From Chryseotalea sp. WA131a (GTDB lineage: Bacteria > Bacteroidota > Bacteroidia > Cytophagales > Cyclobacteriaceae), in contig CP073016.1 in assembly GCA_025370075.1 (NCBI GenBank), forward strand, positions 464,830-528,829: a stretch of DNA of 64,000 nt, given 5' to 3'. A program made the position numbers and the translations under genes. Shown in pieces: positions 44,869-54,877 of the stretch (position 1 is the first letter of the stretch; the number at the start of each line of letters is the position of its first letter). Under the pieces are notes generated by a model, which was not told the origin of the DNA, did no database searches, and saw only the letters and a program-made list of their open reading frames with translations.

Positions 44869-45274
44869 TTACAACCAAATCAAATATAATTTCTTTTTAC
44901 GATCGGCAGCTTTCTTCTGTCTTTTAAAATAACCTCTGAATAAGAAATTGTGCTTGAGCGCCTCTATATTTTCGTCAAGTTTACTGGATGCTAACTTTAC
45001 ATTTTCCATTGTGCCTTTTAGCTGATGCGCAAATGCAATGTCGCTTAGTAGAATGATCAAGGCATTTTCTTGGTCGTTTATTTTACCAACCGATGTTTGT
45101 AGATCTACCGACATTCTTTTGAGTTGGCACCATCATTAGAGATGTCTTGTAACATTTATCGGAATGATTTACAACTGCTGCTTGCCGTTGCTTTGCCAGG
45201 GCGCAGCCAAGCATTGCCACCATTCTTGTTTGGCTAACAAAAGCTGCTTTCCGTACCATTATAATGGGGTACAA
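44869..45274 (-). pseudogene. Possible C-terminal remnant of an MlaD/MCE-family protein
   Basis: The 81-aa ORF ends ...LKGTMENVKLASSKLDENIEALKHNFLFRGYFKRQKKAADRKKK. This resembles the C-terminal tail of Bacteroidota MCE-family proteins. The upstream sequence is broken across frames, and no TM or MCE domain is present. Confidence 0.4.
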
Positions 45275-45503
45275 CCTGATGAGTTTATTTCGACAATTAG
45301 TACTTCAAAGCAAGTCCCGGGCTACTTTAAGCACCTTAAAATCCAAACTTCTTTAACCAAGATAAAGATGTTCAATTATCCATTCGCTAAACATTGGCAT
45401 GGGCTATACCTTCCAAAACTTTGCTGATAAAAAAATAGAGATTTAAAAAATCTAATTCAAAAACCAAATCCGAAAAGTGGGGTCTTTTTTTTATTTTCGG
45501 GCA

Positions 45504-46016
45504 ATGATTCAAATTCGACTTGCCAATTATGATGATATTTCCGATGTTCGAGAAGTAGCCATTCAGTCGTACGAGGCTACGTTTGCAGCATTCAACACCC
45601 GCGAAAACATGGATGCTTTTTACAGTGAGTCGTATGCGCTCAAGGTAATGCAACGTGAATTTTACGAACCCCATTCTTATTTGTTTGTTGCCACCGAAGG
45701 AGATTCAATTCTTGGATTTGTTCGTCTTCGCAAAAACGATGAAGCTAACGATAAATTGGGCGATAATACCCTTGAACTTCAGCGGCTCTACATTCATCCT
45801 CAACACCAGGGACGAAACATTGGCAAGCAATTAATGGAGGCAGCGCTGCAACAAGCCAGCGAATTGAAGGTTGAATACATTTGGCTAGGGGTGTGGGAAA
45901 GAAACTTTAAGGCTCAAAAGTTTTATTCTCATTGGGGATTCGAACGGTTTGGCGAGCATGTGTTCCAAATGGGGGATGATCCGCAGATTGATTGGCTGCT
46001 GAAACGAAAGTTGTGA
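45504..46016 (+). CDS. GNAT-family N-acetyltransferase
   Basis: It reads LQRLYIHPQHQGRNIGKQLMEAALQQA...YIWLGVWERNFKAQKFYSHWGFERFGEH. I prefer the start MIQIRLANYDD. Confidence 0.85.
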   Translation: MIQIRLANYDDISDVREVAIQSYEATFAAFNTRENMDAFYSESYALKVMQREFYEPHSYLFVATEGDSILGFVRLRKNDEANDKLGDNTLELQRLYIHPQHQGRNIGKQLMEAALQQASELKVEYIWLGVWERNFKAQKFYSHWGFERFGEHVFQMGDDPQIDWLLKRKL

Positions 46017-46065
46017 GCAACTGTCTAGGAATTCTCTTACTTTTAAAAGGCTAATTTTAATCAGT

Positions 46066-47619
46066 ATGTCAAAGGATAAATTTATTGTATCAATTAACAC
46101 TTCTTATAGCGTTGCAGGCTCATCGATTTATTTGGGAGCGGGAGTTTTAGGCGGTGAAATCATAGCAGAAGCAAAGGTCAATCTTTCATTGAAGATGATG
46201 AACCGGCATGGATTAGTGAGCGGTGCTACGGGCTCTGGTAAAACCAGAACATTGCAACTTCTGGCCGAGCAGTTATCAGCAGCAGGTGTTTCTGTTTTTA
46301 TGCCTGATATGAAGGGCGATGTAAGCGGGATGGCGAAACAAGGTGCTGTAAATGATAAAATCAACGACCGCGTAAAAGCGTTGGGTATTTCGGGCTATCA
46401 ACCAAAAGGCTTTCCAGTCGAACTGTATTCATTGAGCGGAAAGCTAGGCGCACAAATGCGAGCTACGGTTACCGAGTTTGGCCCTGTGTTGCTTAGCAAG
46501 ATTTTAGAATTGAACGAAGTGCAGAGCGGTGTGCTGATGGTATTGTTCAAATATGCCGATGACAAACATTTGCCGATTGTTGATTTGAATGATTTAAAGA
46601 AGGTATTGAATTATTTGTCGGAAGGAGAGGGGGCAGCAGAGATAAAGGAAGCCTATGGAAAAATTTCTTCGGCCACGGCCAGTACTATTTTGCGCAAGAT
46701 TGTGGCCATGGAGCAGCAAGGCGTGAGCCAATTGTTTGGTGAAAAGTCTTTTGATATAGAAGACCTTATGGAAAAAGTAGATGGTCAAGGAATCATCAGT
46801 TTGCTCAATGTATCAGATGTGCAAAGTCAGCCAGCCATTTTCTCTACCTTTATGCTTTCACTGTTGGCCGAGTTGTACCAAAAACTTCCAGAGGCAGGCG
46901 ACCTCGATAAACCCAAATTGATTTTCTTTTTGGATGAAGCCCACTTGCTGTTTAAAGATGCGCCAAAGGCTTTCATGGACCAGATTGAACAAGTGATCCG
47001 ATTGATCCGCTCAAAAGGTGTTGGGGTTTTCTTTTGCTCGCAGATGGTGCAAGACATTCCCGCGTCTGTCCTATCGCAACTGGGCAACCGTGTGAGTCAC
47101 GTTATCCGCGCCTTCACGCCAAACGATGTAAAGGCTTTGAAAGAAACGGTTAAGACTTTTCCGAAATCTGAATTTTACTATATGGAAGAGCAGTTTACAA
47201 AATTGGGTATCGGCCAGGCATTTGTCACGGTGCTGAATGAAAAAGGTATACCCACCGAAACGGCAACGGTTCACTTGGCGCCTCCTGCCTCTTTTATGGG
47301 TCCATTATCCGATACAGAATATAAATCACATCTCGATGGTTCAGATATGTACAAAAAGTACAAAGAAACGGTTAACCCTGAAAGTGCTTTTGAGATGTTG
47401 ACAGAAAAAGTAAAGTCAAGCCAGGCCAAGCAAGAAGAAGAAACCCAACAAACGGAAGAGGCCAAGCCAACCAAAAGCGGCAGACCTGAGAAAAGTACCC
47501 TCGAAAAAGTAATGACCTCGCCCGTTGCCAATCAAATTGGAAAAGAATTGGTTCGTGGTGTGTTCGGAATGTTGTTTGGCTCTGCTCCAAGGCGAACTAC
47601 CTCAAGGAGAAAGTGGTAG
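46066..47619 (+). CDS. DUF853-family NTPase (HerA/FtsK-like P-loop, YjgR-type)
   Basis: It reads HGLVSGATGSGKTRTLQLLAEQLSAAGVSVFMPDMKGDVSGM, followed by LIFFLDEAHLLF. The C-terminus is a basic tail. Confidence 0.85.
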   Translation: MSKDKFIVSINTSYSVAGSSIYLGAGVLGGEIIAEAKVNLSLKMMNRHGLVSGATGSGKTRTLQLLAEQLSAAGVSVFMPDMKGDVSGMAKQGAVNDKINDRVKALGISGYQPKGFPVELYSLSGKLGAQMRATVTEFGPVLLSKILELNEVQSGVLMVLFKYADDKHLPIVDLNDLKKVLNYLSEGEGAAEIKEAYGKISSATASTILRKIVAMEQQGVSQLFGEKSFDIEDLMEKVDGQGIISLLNVSDVQSQPAIFSTFMLSLLAELYQKLPEAGDLDKPKLIFFLDEAHLLFKDAPKAFMDQIEQVIRLIRSKGVGVFFCSQMVQDIPASVLSQLGNRVSHVIRAFTPNDVKALKETVKTFPKSEFYYMEEQFTKLGIGQAFVTVLNEKGIPTETATVHLAPPASFMGPLSDTEYKSHLDGSDMYKKYKETVNPESAFEMLTEKVKSSQAKQEEETQQTEEAKPTKSGRPEKSTLEKVMTSPVANQIGKELVRGVFGMLFGSAPRRTTSRRKW

Positions 47620-47715
47620 TTGATATGCGGATGCCCGTGTTACTTAGTTGGTCATTCGCATTTGCCGTTGGTAGTAGATGTTATTGTTCAAGTGAAAAGC
47701 ATGTGACTTACAGCA

Positions 47716-48420
47716 TTAATAGTTTTCTTGGCGATAATTTAACAATCGCTTATAAGCTTGTTTTATTTTTTCAGGATGCATACCTCCTTTAAACATAAAC
47801 ATCGCTACACCGTTGGCAATTTGTACACGAAGCCACGAATTAGAGTCGTATTTGCGCGTAGAAATAACAACATCCTTTTGGATCAATTCAAACGGGACTT
47901 TGGCTTCCTGCAATCGCCTCAGCAAATCGTAGTCTTCCATAATCGTGTAATATTCGTTATAACCTCCTAGTGCCTGAAATGCTTTTTTTGTAATGAACAG
48001 CGTTTGGTCTCCTCCGCGAAAGCTCAACAAGTTAAAGCGGGTCAGGTAAGCGTTAATCCGCATCAAGCCCGGGTATCGATCATATCCCGAGCGGTAGCAT
48101 CCAGCTTCGTATCCATTCCGAACTGATTTTTGAATATCGTCTTGGTACGAAGCGGGAACAATGACATCTGCGTGTACAAAAAATAAGATGCCGTGTTTTG
48201 CCTTCGAAGCACCTAAATTTAGTTGAGCTGCTCGTGAGCGAATCGGACATGGAATCACGATGGCGCCTACTTCCGCAGCCATTGATGCTGTGTTATCCTT
48301 ACTGCCTCCATCCACCACCACTACCTCTAGGTTTTCTGAGTCTTTAAATTGACGAATTGTTTTTTGAATGATGGCAGCCTCGTCTACTGCGGGGATAATG
48401 ATGGAAATACCGGACGTCAT
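47716..48420 (-). CDS. Family-2 glycosyltransferase (TIGR04283-like)
   Basis: It reads ISIIIPAVDEAAII...VVVVDGGSKDNT...FFVHADV...GGDQTLFI. Confidence 0.8.
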   Translation of the reverse strand: MTSGISIIIPAVDEAAIIQKTIRQFKDSENLEVVVVDGGSKDNTASMAAEVGAIVIPCPIRSRAAQLNLGASKAKHGILFFVHADVIVPASYQDDIQKSVRNGYEAGCYRSGYDRYPGLMRINAYLTRFNLLSFRGGDQTLFITKKAFQALGGYNEYYTIMEDYDLLRRLQEAKVPFELIQKDVVISTRKYDSNSWLRVQIANGVAMFMFKGGMHPEKIKQAYKRLLNYRQENY

Positions 48421-48519
48421 TGAAATTTAAAGTTAACCACTAATTTCAAAAAGTAAGTGCCATCGATGCTTCTTTTCAAACCATTGAATTACATTTACAA
48501 TTCAACTCAACAGAAATCC

Positions 48520-49098
48520 ATGACCATTCAAGAAAAAGTAGAAGCAGTTGAGAAAGTTTTCAAAAAACTGGATGAACAAATCGCTGAACTCCAATCATGG
48601 TCAGGCTTGCACTGCAAATGGGGCTGTGGCAAATGCTGTTTCAAACCCGATATTGAATCCACCATTTTGGAATTTTTACCCTTTGCTTTTTATCTGTATC
48701 AAAACAAGTTGGCCGAGCAGTGGCTACGTAAACTAAAAGCCTCTGATTCTTCCATTTGCTTGATTTTAAATCCGACCCAAGCCACCGCTGGACTTTGTTC
48801 GGAATATCAATACCGTGGATTGATTTGCAGATTGTTTGGGTATTCGGCACGCACCAATAAGTACGATAAAAAAGAATTGGTGACGTGCCAAATCATTAAA
48901 ACAGAGCAGCAAGCAGATTTTGAAAGAGCAGAGTTGGGAATTGCCAATGGCAGAGAAGTGCCCGTCATGAATCAATACTACATGCAATTGCACGGCATCG
49001 ATTTTGAGTTGACACGTGATTTTTATCCAATCAATAAAGCAATTGAAAAGGCCATTGAAACGGTTTTGGGGTATTTTGCTTATCGTGATGTAACCTAA
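48520..49098 (+). CDS. YkgJ-family cysteine-cluster protein (UPF0153)
   Basis: It carries the motif CKWGCGKCCFKP and a later C...C cluster. I prefer the start MTIQEKV. Confidence 0.7.
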   Translation: MTIQEKVEAVEKVFKKLDEQIAELQSWSGLHCKWGCGKCCFKPDIESTILEFLPFAFYLYQNKLAEQWLRKLKASDSSICLILNPTQATAGLCSEYQYRGLICRLFGYSARTNKYDKKELVTCQIIKTEQQADFERAELGIANGREVPVMNQYYMQLHGIDFELTRDFYPINKAIEKAIETVLGYFAYRDVT

Positions 49099-49134
49099 CG
49101 AAGCGATTAAAGTATATTGAATTAAGAATTTACC

Positions 49135-49575
49135 ATGAATAGGATGTTAATTATATCTATTTTGATTCTAGGATTTTTTAGAAGTTTTAGCCAAACCAAC
49201 GAAAGACAATACATATTCAATCAATTGGAAAAAATCTATTCTCAAGAGGTAGACGAAAAATTTGAAAGATTCACTCCAACTATTGATGAAATTAAGATAG
49301 CAGACAGTCTCATTCAGTTTCACGTTACGGAGAAAGCACATGAATATTCTTGGGCTGAAAAGATTTCCAACTACAGTTCTTACTATAGGCAGTATGTAGG
49401 ACACATAAATGAAAAAGGTGAAAAAATATTATTCACTAACAGTTTTTGCAAATGGGAAAGTAATTGGAGAAGTGAAATCATTAGCTACATGGGCGGAGGT
49501 TCTTGCTTTTTTACGATTAAAGTTAATGTTGATAAGAAATTGACCTATGACTTAAAAGTAAATGCGCCAAAATGA
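49135..49575 (+). CDS. Hypothetical secreted protein
   Basis: It is 146 aa with an N-terminal signal-like segment. I recognised no family. Confidence 0.4.
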   Translation: MNRMLIISILILGFFRSFSQTNERQYIFNQLEKIYSQEVDEKFERFTPTIDEIKIADSLIQFHVTEKAHEYSWAEKISNYSSYYRQYVGHINEKGEKILFTNSFCKWESNWRSEIISYMGGGSCFFTIKVNVDKKLTYDLKVNAPK

Positions 49576-49689
49576 TAGTTTATGTAACCCTTGGCTATTA
49601 GGGTTACTTCATTGGCACTTTTGTTGATTAAAGCCGATTGAGATTAGGCTAAAAATATTATCTAACTTTGCCTTCTCATAAGAATCTGT

Positions 49690-50268
49690 ATGAAAAATGC
49701 CCTTCTGATTTTTTTAGTGCTTAGTTCAAATCTGCTGTTCGCTCAATCGGAGCAGCCCGCAGTGTCTGCTAAAGTGAATTGGCTTACTTTTGAACAAGCG
49801 GTGGAAAAATCCAAAACGGAAAAGCGGAAACTTTTTGTAGATGTTTATACAGATTGGTGTGGCTGGTGCAAGGTGATGGATAAAAACACGTTTGCAGAGC
49901 CTACCATTGCCAAATTATTGAACGAAAAATTCTATCCTGTAAAGTTTAATGCCGAGCAACGTGAGGATGTAGTGTTTCAAGGAACTACCTTTAAATTTAT
50001 TCAGCAAGGCAATAATGGAGCGCATCAATTAGCGGCTGCTCTTTTGAACAATCAATTGAGCTATCCAACCGTTACTTTTATGGAAGAAGATTATTCAGGG
50101 GTATACCCCATTCCTGGGTATCGCAAGCCAGAAGAATTTCACCCTCTCTTGGTTTTCTTTTTAGAGAATCAACATAAAAAAGGAGGAAATGCGTATGCTG
50201 ATTTTTTGAAGACCTACAAGTCGCCTTACACTGCCACTGTTGTTAAGCAAGAAGGTTCGCGCCATTGA
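49690..50268 (+). CDS. Thioredoxin-fold protein (DUF255/thioredoxin-like), secreted
   Basis: It has a signal peptide followed by KLFVDVYTDWCGWCKVMDKNTF. Confidence 0.75.
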   Translation: MKNALLIFLVLSSNLLFAQSEQPAVSAKVNWLTFEQAVEKSKTEKRKLFVDVYTDWCGWCKVMDKNTFAEPTIAKLLNEKFYPVKFNAEQREDVVFQGTTFKFIQQGNNGAHQLAAALLNNQLSYPTVTFMEEDYSGVYPIPGYRKPEEFHPLLVFFLENQHKKGGNAYADFLKTYKSPYTATVVKQEGSRH

Positions 50269-50309
50269 AGATTCTAAAAAAAACGATAGAAGGATCTGCT
50301 AATTACTCC

Positions 50310-50810
50310 TTAATTGCTAGCGCAAACGGCCACTCCAATCCTTCCATTCGGATTAGCCACAGCAGAACCGATATTACCCGCTGCTAAAACAATATCTTTG
50401 GCTGGTCCCGTATCTGACAAATGTACTTTTATGCTGGCCTTTAGCTTCAGGAAATCGGCATAGCTGATTTTTGTCTCATCAGCCAACTGATTTACCACTG
50501 TTTCACTTTTCCCTGTGTTTCCAGTTAAAGGAGTTAACAAAGCTGCTACAGGCGCGCCAGAGGTGCTCATATCGCCTAAGTGTAAATGAACGGGGTATTT
50601 AGCATCGCCACTGGTGCCTGTAAGTTCCACCTGCACCACGGCATTGCCGTCCCGCTTTTCTTGTAAAGTTACCGTCCCCGAAATAGCATAGGTAGAGCCA
50701 GGTTGAAGTGCATAGGTAACTTGGTTGCCCGTAAATTCACTTATTTGCTCGCTTTTTTGGCAAGAACTAATAATTAAAACAGCTACTGCCAGAACACCCC
50801 ATGTTTTCAT
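50310..50810 (-). CDS. Hypothetical lipoprotein
   Basis: It starts MKTWGVLAVAVLIISSCQ (lipobox). The body looks beta-rich and contains the motif YPVHLHLGD. The family is uncertain. Confidence 0.45.
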   Translation of the reverse strand: MKTWGVLAVAVLIISSCQKSEQISEFTGNQVTYALQPGSTYAISGTVTLQEKRDGNAVVQVELTGTSGDAKYPVHLHLGDMSTSGAPVAALLTPLTGNTGKSETVVNQLADETKISYADFLKLKASIKVHLSDTGPAKDIVLAAGNIGSAVANPNGRIGVAVCASN

Positions 50811-50945
50811 AGTCAAGCGTTTAATTCGCAATAAAGTTAAATAAAAAATTATTCATTGCACCAATTAGCCATTAGCTTTGCTTACCGTTTTTGGCACGAG
50901 AAATGATTCGATTAAAAAAAACGAGCTAATTAGACCATTTATTCT

Positions 50946-52322
50946 GTGAAACGCACTTTATTTTTATTGCTGATTGCCGCTGGCTGTAGCCCATCGGTAA
51001 CCAATACTTCCCTTAAAACCGACCTTCAAGACTCTAAACCTGCTTGGCTTAGCGCGAAGCCAGATCAATCGTTTTATTATATCGGAATTGGTAGAGGTAT
51101 TAAAACTGGGACTGCTAATTATCTGCAAGCGGCAAAAAAAAGCGCTTTAGAGGATTTAGTTTCTGAAATCAAAGTTAATGTTTCGGGCACTTCTACCTTG
51201 AGCCAGATCGATGCCAACAAAGAATTTCAAGAGAAGTATGAGCAAATTATTAAGACCACCGCTGCTGATGAAATTGAAGAATTTGAACTAGTAGATTCTT
51301 GGCAAGACGAACGCAACTATTGGGTGTATTATCGTCTATCCAAGCAACGCTACAAAGAAATTAAAGACGAACAGAAAAGGAATGCCGTAAGCATTGGGTT
51401 GGATTTTTTCACCAAAGCCAAACAAGCCGAGCGAAACAACGATCCGGTATTGGCGTTGGGATTTTATTACCAAGGCTTTCGCGCCATTGAAAAATATTTA
51501 GCGGAGCCCATTCGGTTAGAGTTTGAAGGAAGGGAAATTTTATTGACCAGCGAAGTAGTAGCCAACATGCAGTTGCTATTGGATAAAATGGAGATTTCAA
51601 TAACACCAGCAGAAGTTTCTCTCAATAGAAGAGTTTCCATCGATGACCAATCCTTTATCGCAAAAGCCTATGATAAAAAATCGAGAAAGATAATTTCAGA
51701 TTTGCCGTTGCGGGCTTCTTTCGAAAAAGGTTCTGGCATTGTGTTTCCAGATTACAAAACAAATGCTGAAGGCTTGGCCAAAATATTGTTGACCAAAATC
51801 AGCTCGCGCGATTTGGAGCAAACGGTTTCAATTAAAGTAAACCCACTGAGTTTTGCTGGAGGCTCGGCTACTAAGATTGATTCGTTGGTAGTTCAAAAAT
51901 TGGTAGTGCCACGTGCTACTATTTTATTGAAGGTACAGCGGCCGTTGGTTTATGTGGCTTCGATTGAAAAAAGCTTGGGCAATCCAAAAGCCAACCAGCA
52001 AATTACCAACCGCATCAAAAACTATCTAACGAATGCAGGTTTTGAATTCACCGACCAAAAGGGGAAGGCCGAACTGGCTTTGGATGTTGACGCTAACTCT
52101 GAAAAGGGAGCCGTTTCGGGCAGTATTTTTATAACCTATGTTACAGCCGTTATTCGGGTTTCTTCCGTTAAAGACAACAAAGAGATTTATGCCACCACCC
52201 TCGATCGGATTAAAGGATTTAGCCTGGATTACGAACGGTCAAGTCAGGAGGCTTATAATAAATCGCTGGACGTATTGGAAAAAGAGAAACTTCCTGAATT
52301 GTTGAACTCAATTTTACAATGA
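50946..52322 (+). CDS. LPP20-like lipoprotein
   Basis: It has a GTG start and a lipobox (LIAAGCS). The N-terminal region reads PAWLSAKPDQSFYYIGIGRG...AKKSALEDLVSEIKVNVS, which is LPP20-like. Confidence 0.55.
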   Translation: MKRTLFLLLIAAGCSPSVTNTSLKTDLQDSKPAWLSAKPDQSFYYIGIGRGIKTGTANYLQAAKKSALEDLVSEIKVNVSGTSTLSQIDANKEFQEKYEQIIKTTAADEIEEFELVDSWQDERNYWVYYRLSKQRYKEIKDEQKRNAVSIGLDFFTKAKQAERNNDPVLALGFYYQGFRAIEKYLAEPIRLEFEGREILLTSEVVANMQLLLDKMEISITPAEVSLNRRVSIDDQSFIAKAYDKKSRKIISDLPLRASFEKGSGIVFPDYKTNAEGLAKILLTKISSRDLEQTVSIKVNPLSFAGGSATKIDSLVVQKLVVPRATILLKVQRPLVYVASIEKSLGNPKANQQITNRIKNYLTNAGFEFTDQKGKAELALDVDANSEKGAVSGSIFITYVTAVIRVSSVKDNKEIYATTLDRIKGFSLDYERSSQEAYNKSLDVLEKEKLPELLNSILQ

Positions 52323-52402
52323 TTTAATAATCAAGAAAACAGGTTAAAAAGTATGGCCTATAAATTGCATTAACTAAATTGCTAACCAAATAACTAACAA
52401 AT

Positions 52403-52972
52403 ATGAAAAGAATAGCAAATTATTCGCTCGTGATAGTAGCTGCTGCGGCTGCAATAATCAGCGGCTGTAAAGCCAAACAAAAAACACCTGATGGCGAAAA
52501 AGAAGTGATCGTACCTTGCTCGGGACCAGATTTCTTTACCAACAACAAAGTATTTCGCGCCAATTCTATTGGTGAGAGCATGGATCAGGTGACTTCTAAA
52601 AAGAAAGCTCTGACCAATGCGCGTAACGAACTAGCTCAATCTATTCAGACTACTGTTAAAACAGTTACAGATAATTATACCAATTCTCGCTCAATGAATC
52701 GTAAAGAAGAATTGGAGCAAAAATTTGAGCAGTTGAACCGTGAGGTGGTAGAGCAAACTTTACAAGGCGTGCGCACCATTTGCGAAAAGTTAGTTCAAAC
52801 AAAAGACGGTAACTACAAAACCTATATCGCCATTGAACTTTCGGCTGATGATTTAGTAAAGCAATATAACCAACGCTTATCTACCGATGACCGTTTGAAA
52901 ATCGACTACGATTACGAAAAATTTAAGGATACCTTCAATCAAGAAATGGAAAAGAGATCAAAAGGAAACTAA
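52403..52972 (+). CDS. Lipoprotein, LPP20-like/hypothetical
   Basis: It has a lipobox (IISGCK) and the helical segment SKKKALTNARNELAQSIQTTVKTV. Confidence 0.5.
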   Translation: MKRIANYSLVIVAAAAAIISGCKAKQKTPDGEKEVIVPCSGPDFFTNNKVFRANSIGESMDQVTSKKKALTNARNELAQSIQTTVKTVTDNYTNSRSMNRKEELEQKFEQLNREVVEQTLQGVRTICEKLVQTKDGNYKTYIAIELSADDLVKQYNQRLSTDDRLKIDYDYEKFKDTFNQEMEKRSKGN

Positions 52973-52993
52973 GTCTCTGCTTCAGTCATTCGT

Positions 52994-53026
52994 AAAATCC
53001 CGACCTAAAATCGGGATTTTTTATTT
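52994..53026 (+). terminator. Rho-independent terminator
   Basis: It has a perfect 10-bp stem, aaaatcccga (52994..53003) pairing with tcgggatttt (53011..53020), and a 7-nt loop. It is followed by ttatttt. Confidence 0.75.
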
Positions 53027-53041
53027 TACTATTTTTGATAC

Positions 53042-53448
53042 ATGCCTGGCTATTCAGGTACACCGTTGCTCAAGAAATTAGGTCTTAAAGAAGGAGATAG
53101 CATTTATCTTTTCAATGAGCCCAAAGAATACCTCAATTGGATTTCACCGCTGCCCAAGAATGTTCAAGTGAAGCAACGGCCTCAGAAAGATTCAGTCCAA
53201 TTTGCTCATGTTTTTGCTTTAGACAGCAAAATATTTCAAGCGCAATTTCTGAAAGCAAGAGACGGCCTCGCCAAAACAGGCATGCTCTGGATATCATGGC
53301 CAAAAAGGCTTCCAAGATTGCAACGGATCTAGATGAAAACATTATTCGCGATTTTGGTTTGAAGAATGGTTTGGTAGATGTGAAGGTCTGCGCAGTGAGC
53401 GAGGTATGGTCAGGATTGAAGTTTGTGTATCGCGTGAAGGACCGATAA
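53042..53448 (+). pseudogene. DUF3052-family protein, frameshifted
   Basis: ORF 53042..53332 reads MPGYSGTPLLKKLGLKEGD...GMLWISWPK. The tail of ORF 53137..53448 reads KASKIATDLDENIIRDFGLKNGLVDVKVCAVSEVWSGLKFVYR. Together they form one DUF3052-like protein. The frames join at the A5 run 53302..53306; one extra A restores WPKKASKIATD. Confidence 0.7.
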
Positions 53449-54009
53449 TTAGAATTTCTCTGCAAAGTCCATGACACAATTGAATCCGTATTTTTTGTGT
53501 TTTTCGATAGCAATCCCAATGTAATGCAGGCGAGGCTCAAGTATATTTTTTCGATGCCCCAAATTTTCGATTCCGTCATCAATCAATAGCGACATCACAA
53601 TGTCGATTGGTTCAACATTCCCGTAGTCACAATTTTCAGCAACTGCGCCTTTGGCTTTGGCCCGTTCGCGTAAGCGCTTATCAAAGGTTACTCCGTTGCT
53701 GCTGGTGTGCCCTACTTTGTTTTTGGTACCCATATCGATAGCGTGAGCTTCGGCCGTTGCCGTTAAAGCTGAAGAAAGTTGCAAACTTTCTACTTTGTCC
53801 CTGGTTTTTAAATCATTCACCAATGAAATGGCAAAACGATTTTTTGTTAGCTCATGCTTTTCAATATAAGGATTTAGGTATTCCGTAAGAAAAGATTGTG
53901 GATTCGTTCGCGCAATGTTTAATAGCTCTAGTACTTTTTCAATCTTATCTTGGCCGAAACAAGAGGAGGCAAGCAACATCAAGAAGCAAATAGATAGTGC
54001 TCTTTTCAT
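53449..54009 (-). CDS. CAP (SCP/PR-1-like) domain secreted protein
   Basis: It starts MKRALSICFLMLLASSCFG. Downstream motifs are LNIARTNPQ...HAIDMG...GHTSSNG...AENCDYG...GHRKNIL. Confidence 0.75.
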   Translation of the reverse strand: MKRALSICFLMLLASSCFGQDKIEKVLELLNIARTNPQSFLTEYLNPYIEKHELTKNRFAISLVNDLKTRDKVESLQLSSALTATAEAHAIDMGTKNKVGHTSSNGVTFDKRLRERAKAKGAVAENCDYGNVEPIDIVMSLLIDDGIENLGHRKNILEPRLHYIGIAIEKHKKYGFNCVMDFAEKF

Positions 54010-54082
54010 ATTTAACAACCTTGTTCGAATTAGGTGTTGGAGGATTAAGGCAACAAAGAGCCAGAAACTAGTGAGAACCACA

Positions 54083-54730
54083 TTACTTCCAATTGGCTGG
54101 ATCCAACCGCCACGATTTTACATAAATCAATTGATCTTCGTCTAAATATTTTTGTTGAATTGCTTCAGGCAACAAATGGCTGAAGTCACTTAGACATATC
54201 AATGGCACTTTTTCTTCGGCAAATGCTTTCTCACTAGCCTCAAAGCCATAAGTAAAAATGGCGACCATCCCAATTACTTTAAACCCTGCCTCGCGCATGG
54301 CCTGAGCCGCTTTTAATGAACTTCCTCCTGTGGAGATCAGATCTTCGATCAACACTACCTTTTGGCCTTTCTCAATCTTTCCTTCAATTAAATTGCCCAT
54401 GCCGTGTTCCTTTGGTTTAGGACGAACGTAAACAAAGGGCAAGCCCATCTCTTCAGCCACCAGCGCGCCTTGCGGTATGCCGGCTGTGGCTACCCCAGCA
54501 ATACATTCCGCTTGCGGAAAATGTTCGCGTATAGCTTGTACCAAACTGTGCTTGATATAGGTACGAATGAGTGGGTAGGAAAGCGCCAACCGATTATCGC
54601 AATAGATGGGGGATTTCCAACCTGAACTCCATGTAAAGGGGGTTTTGATGTTTAGTTTGATGGCGCCAATCTGCAGCAGCTTGCTGGCAATTTCGGTGGC
54701 CGTTTTTTCTTGAATAGTAATCATGCTCAT
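54083..54730 (-). CDS. pyrE: Orotate phosphoribosyltransferase
   Basis: It reads GAIKLN...FTWSSGWKSPIYCDNR...VVLIEDLISTGGSSL. I prefer the start MSMITIQEK. Confidence 0.9.
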   Translation of the reverse strand: MSMITIQEKTATEIASKLLQIGAIKLNIKTPFTWSSGWKSPIYCDNRLALSYPLIRTYIKHSLVQAIREHFPQAECIAGVATAGIPQGALVAEEMGLPFVYVRPKPKEHGMGNLIEGKIEKGQKVVLIEDLISTGGSSLKAAQAMREAGFKVIGMVAIFTYGFEASEKAFAEEKVPLICLSDFSHLLPEAIQQKYLDEDQLIYVKSWRLDPANWK

Positions 54731-54877
54731 AGGGCGGCAAGTTAGAATGAAAGCATTACTCCTCAAATATGAGCCACTAATGATTTTTAAGTAATGTGAT
54801 GTTTTGGTTGTTTTTTAGTTGTGAGATTGCGAATAATTTATGTTTTTGCGCTGTTAAAAACCTGATTGAGCAGTTGA

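Noticed and set aside
46066-47619. DUF853 / HerA-like NTPase as part of an anti-phage defence system
   Set aside because: Its neighbours are a GNAT acetyltransferase and a convergent GT2 glycosyltransferase. No nuclease, Sir2, DUF4297 or other known HerA partner is adjacent. The protein looks like the widespread housekeeping YjgR type.
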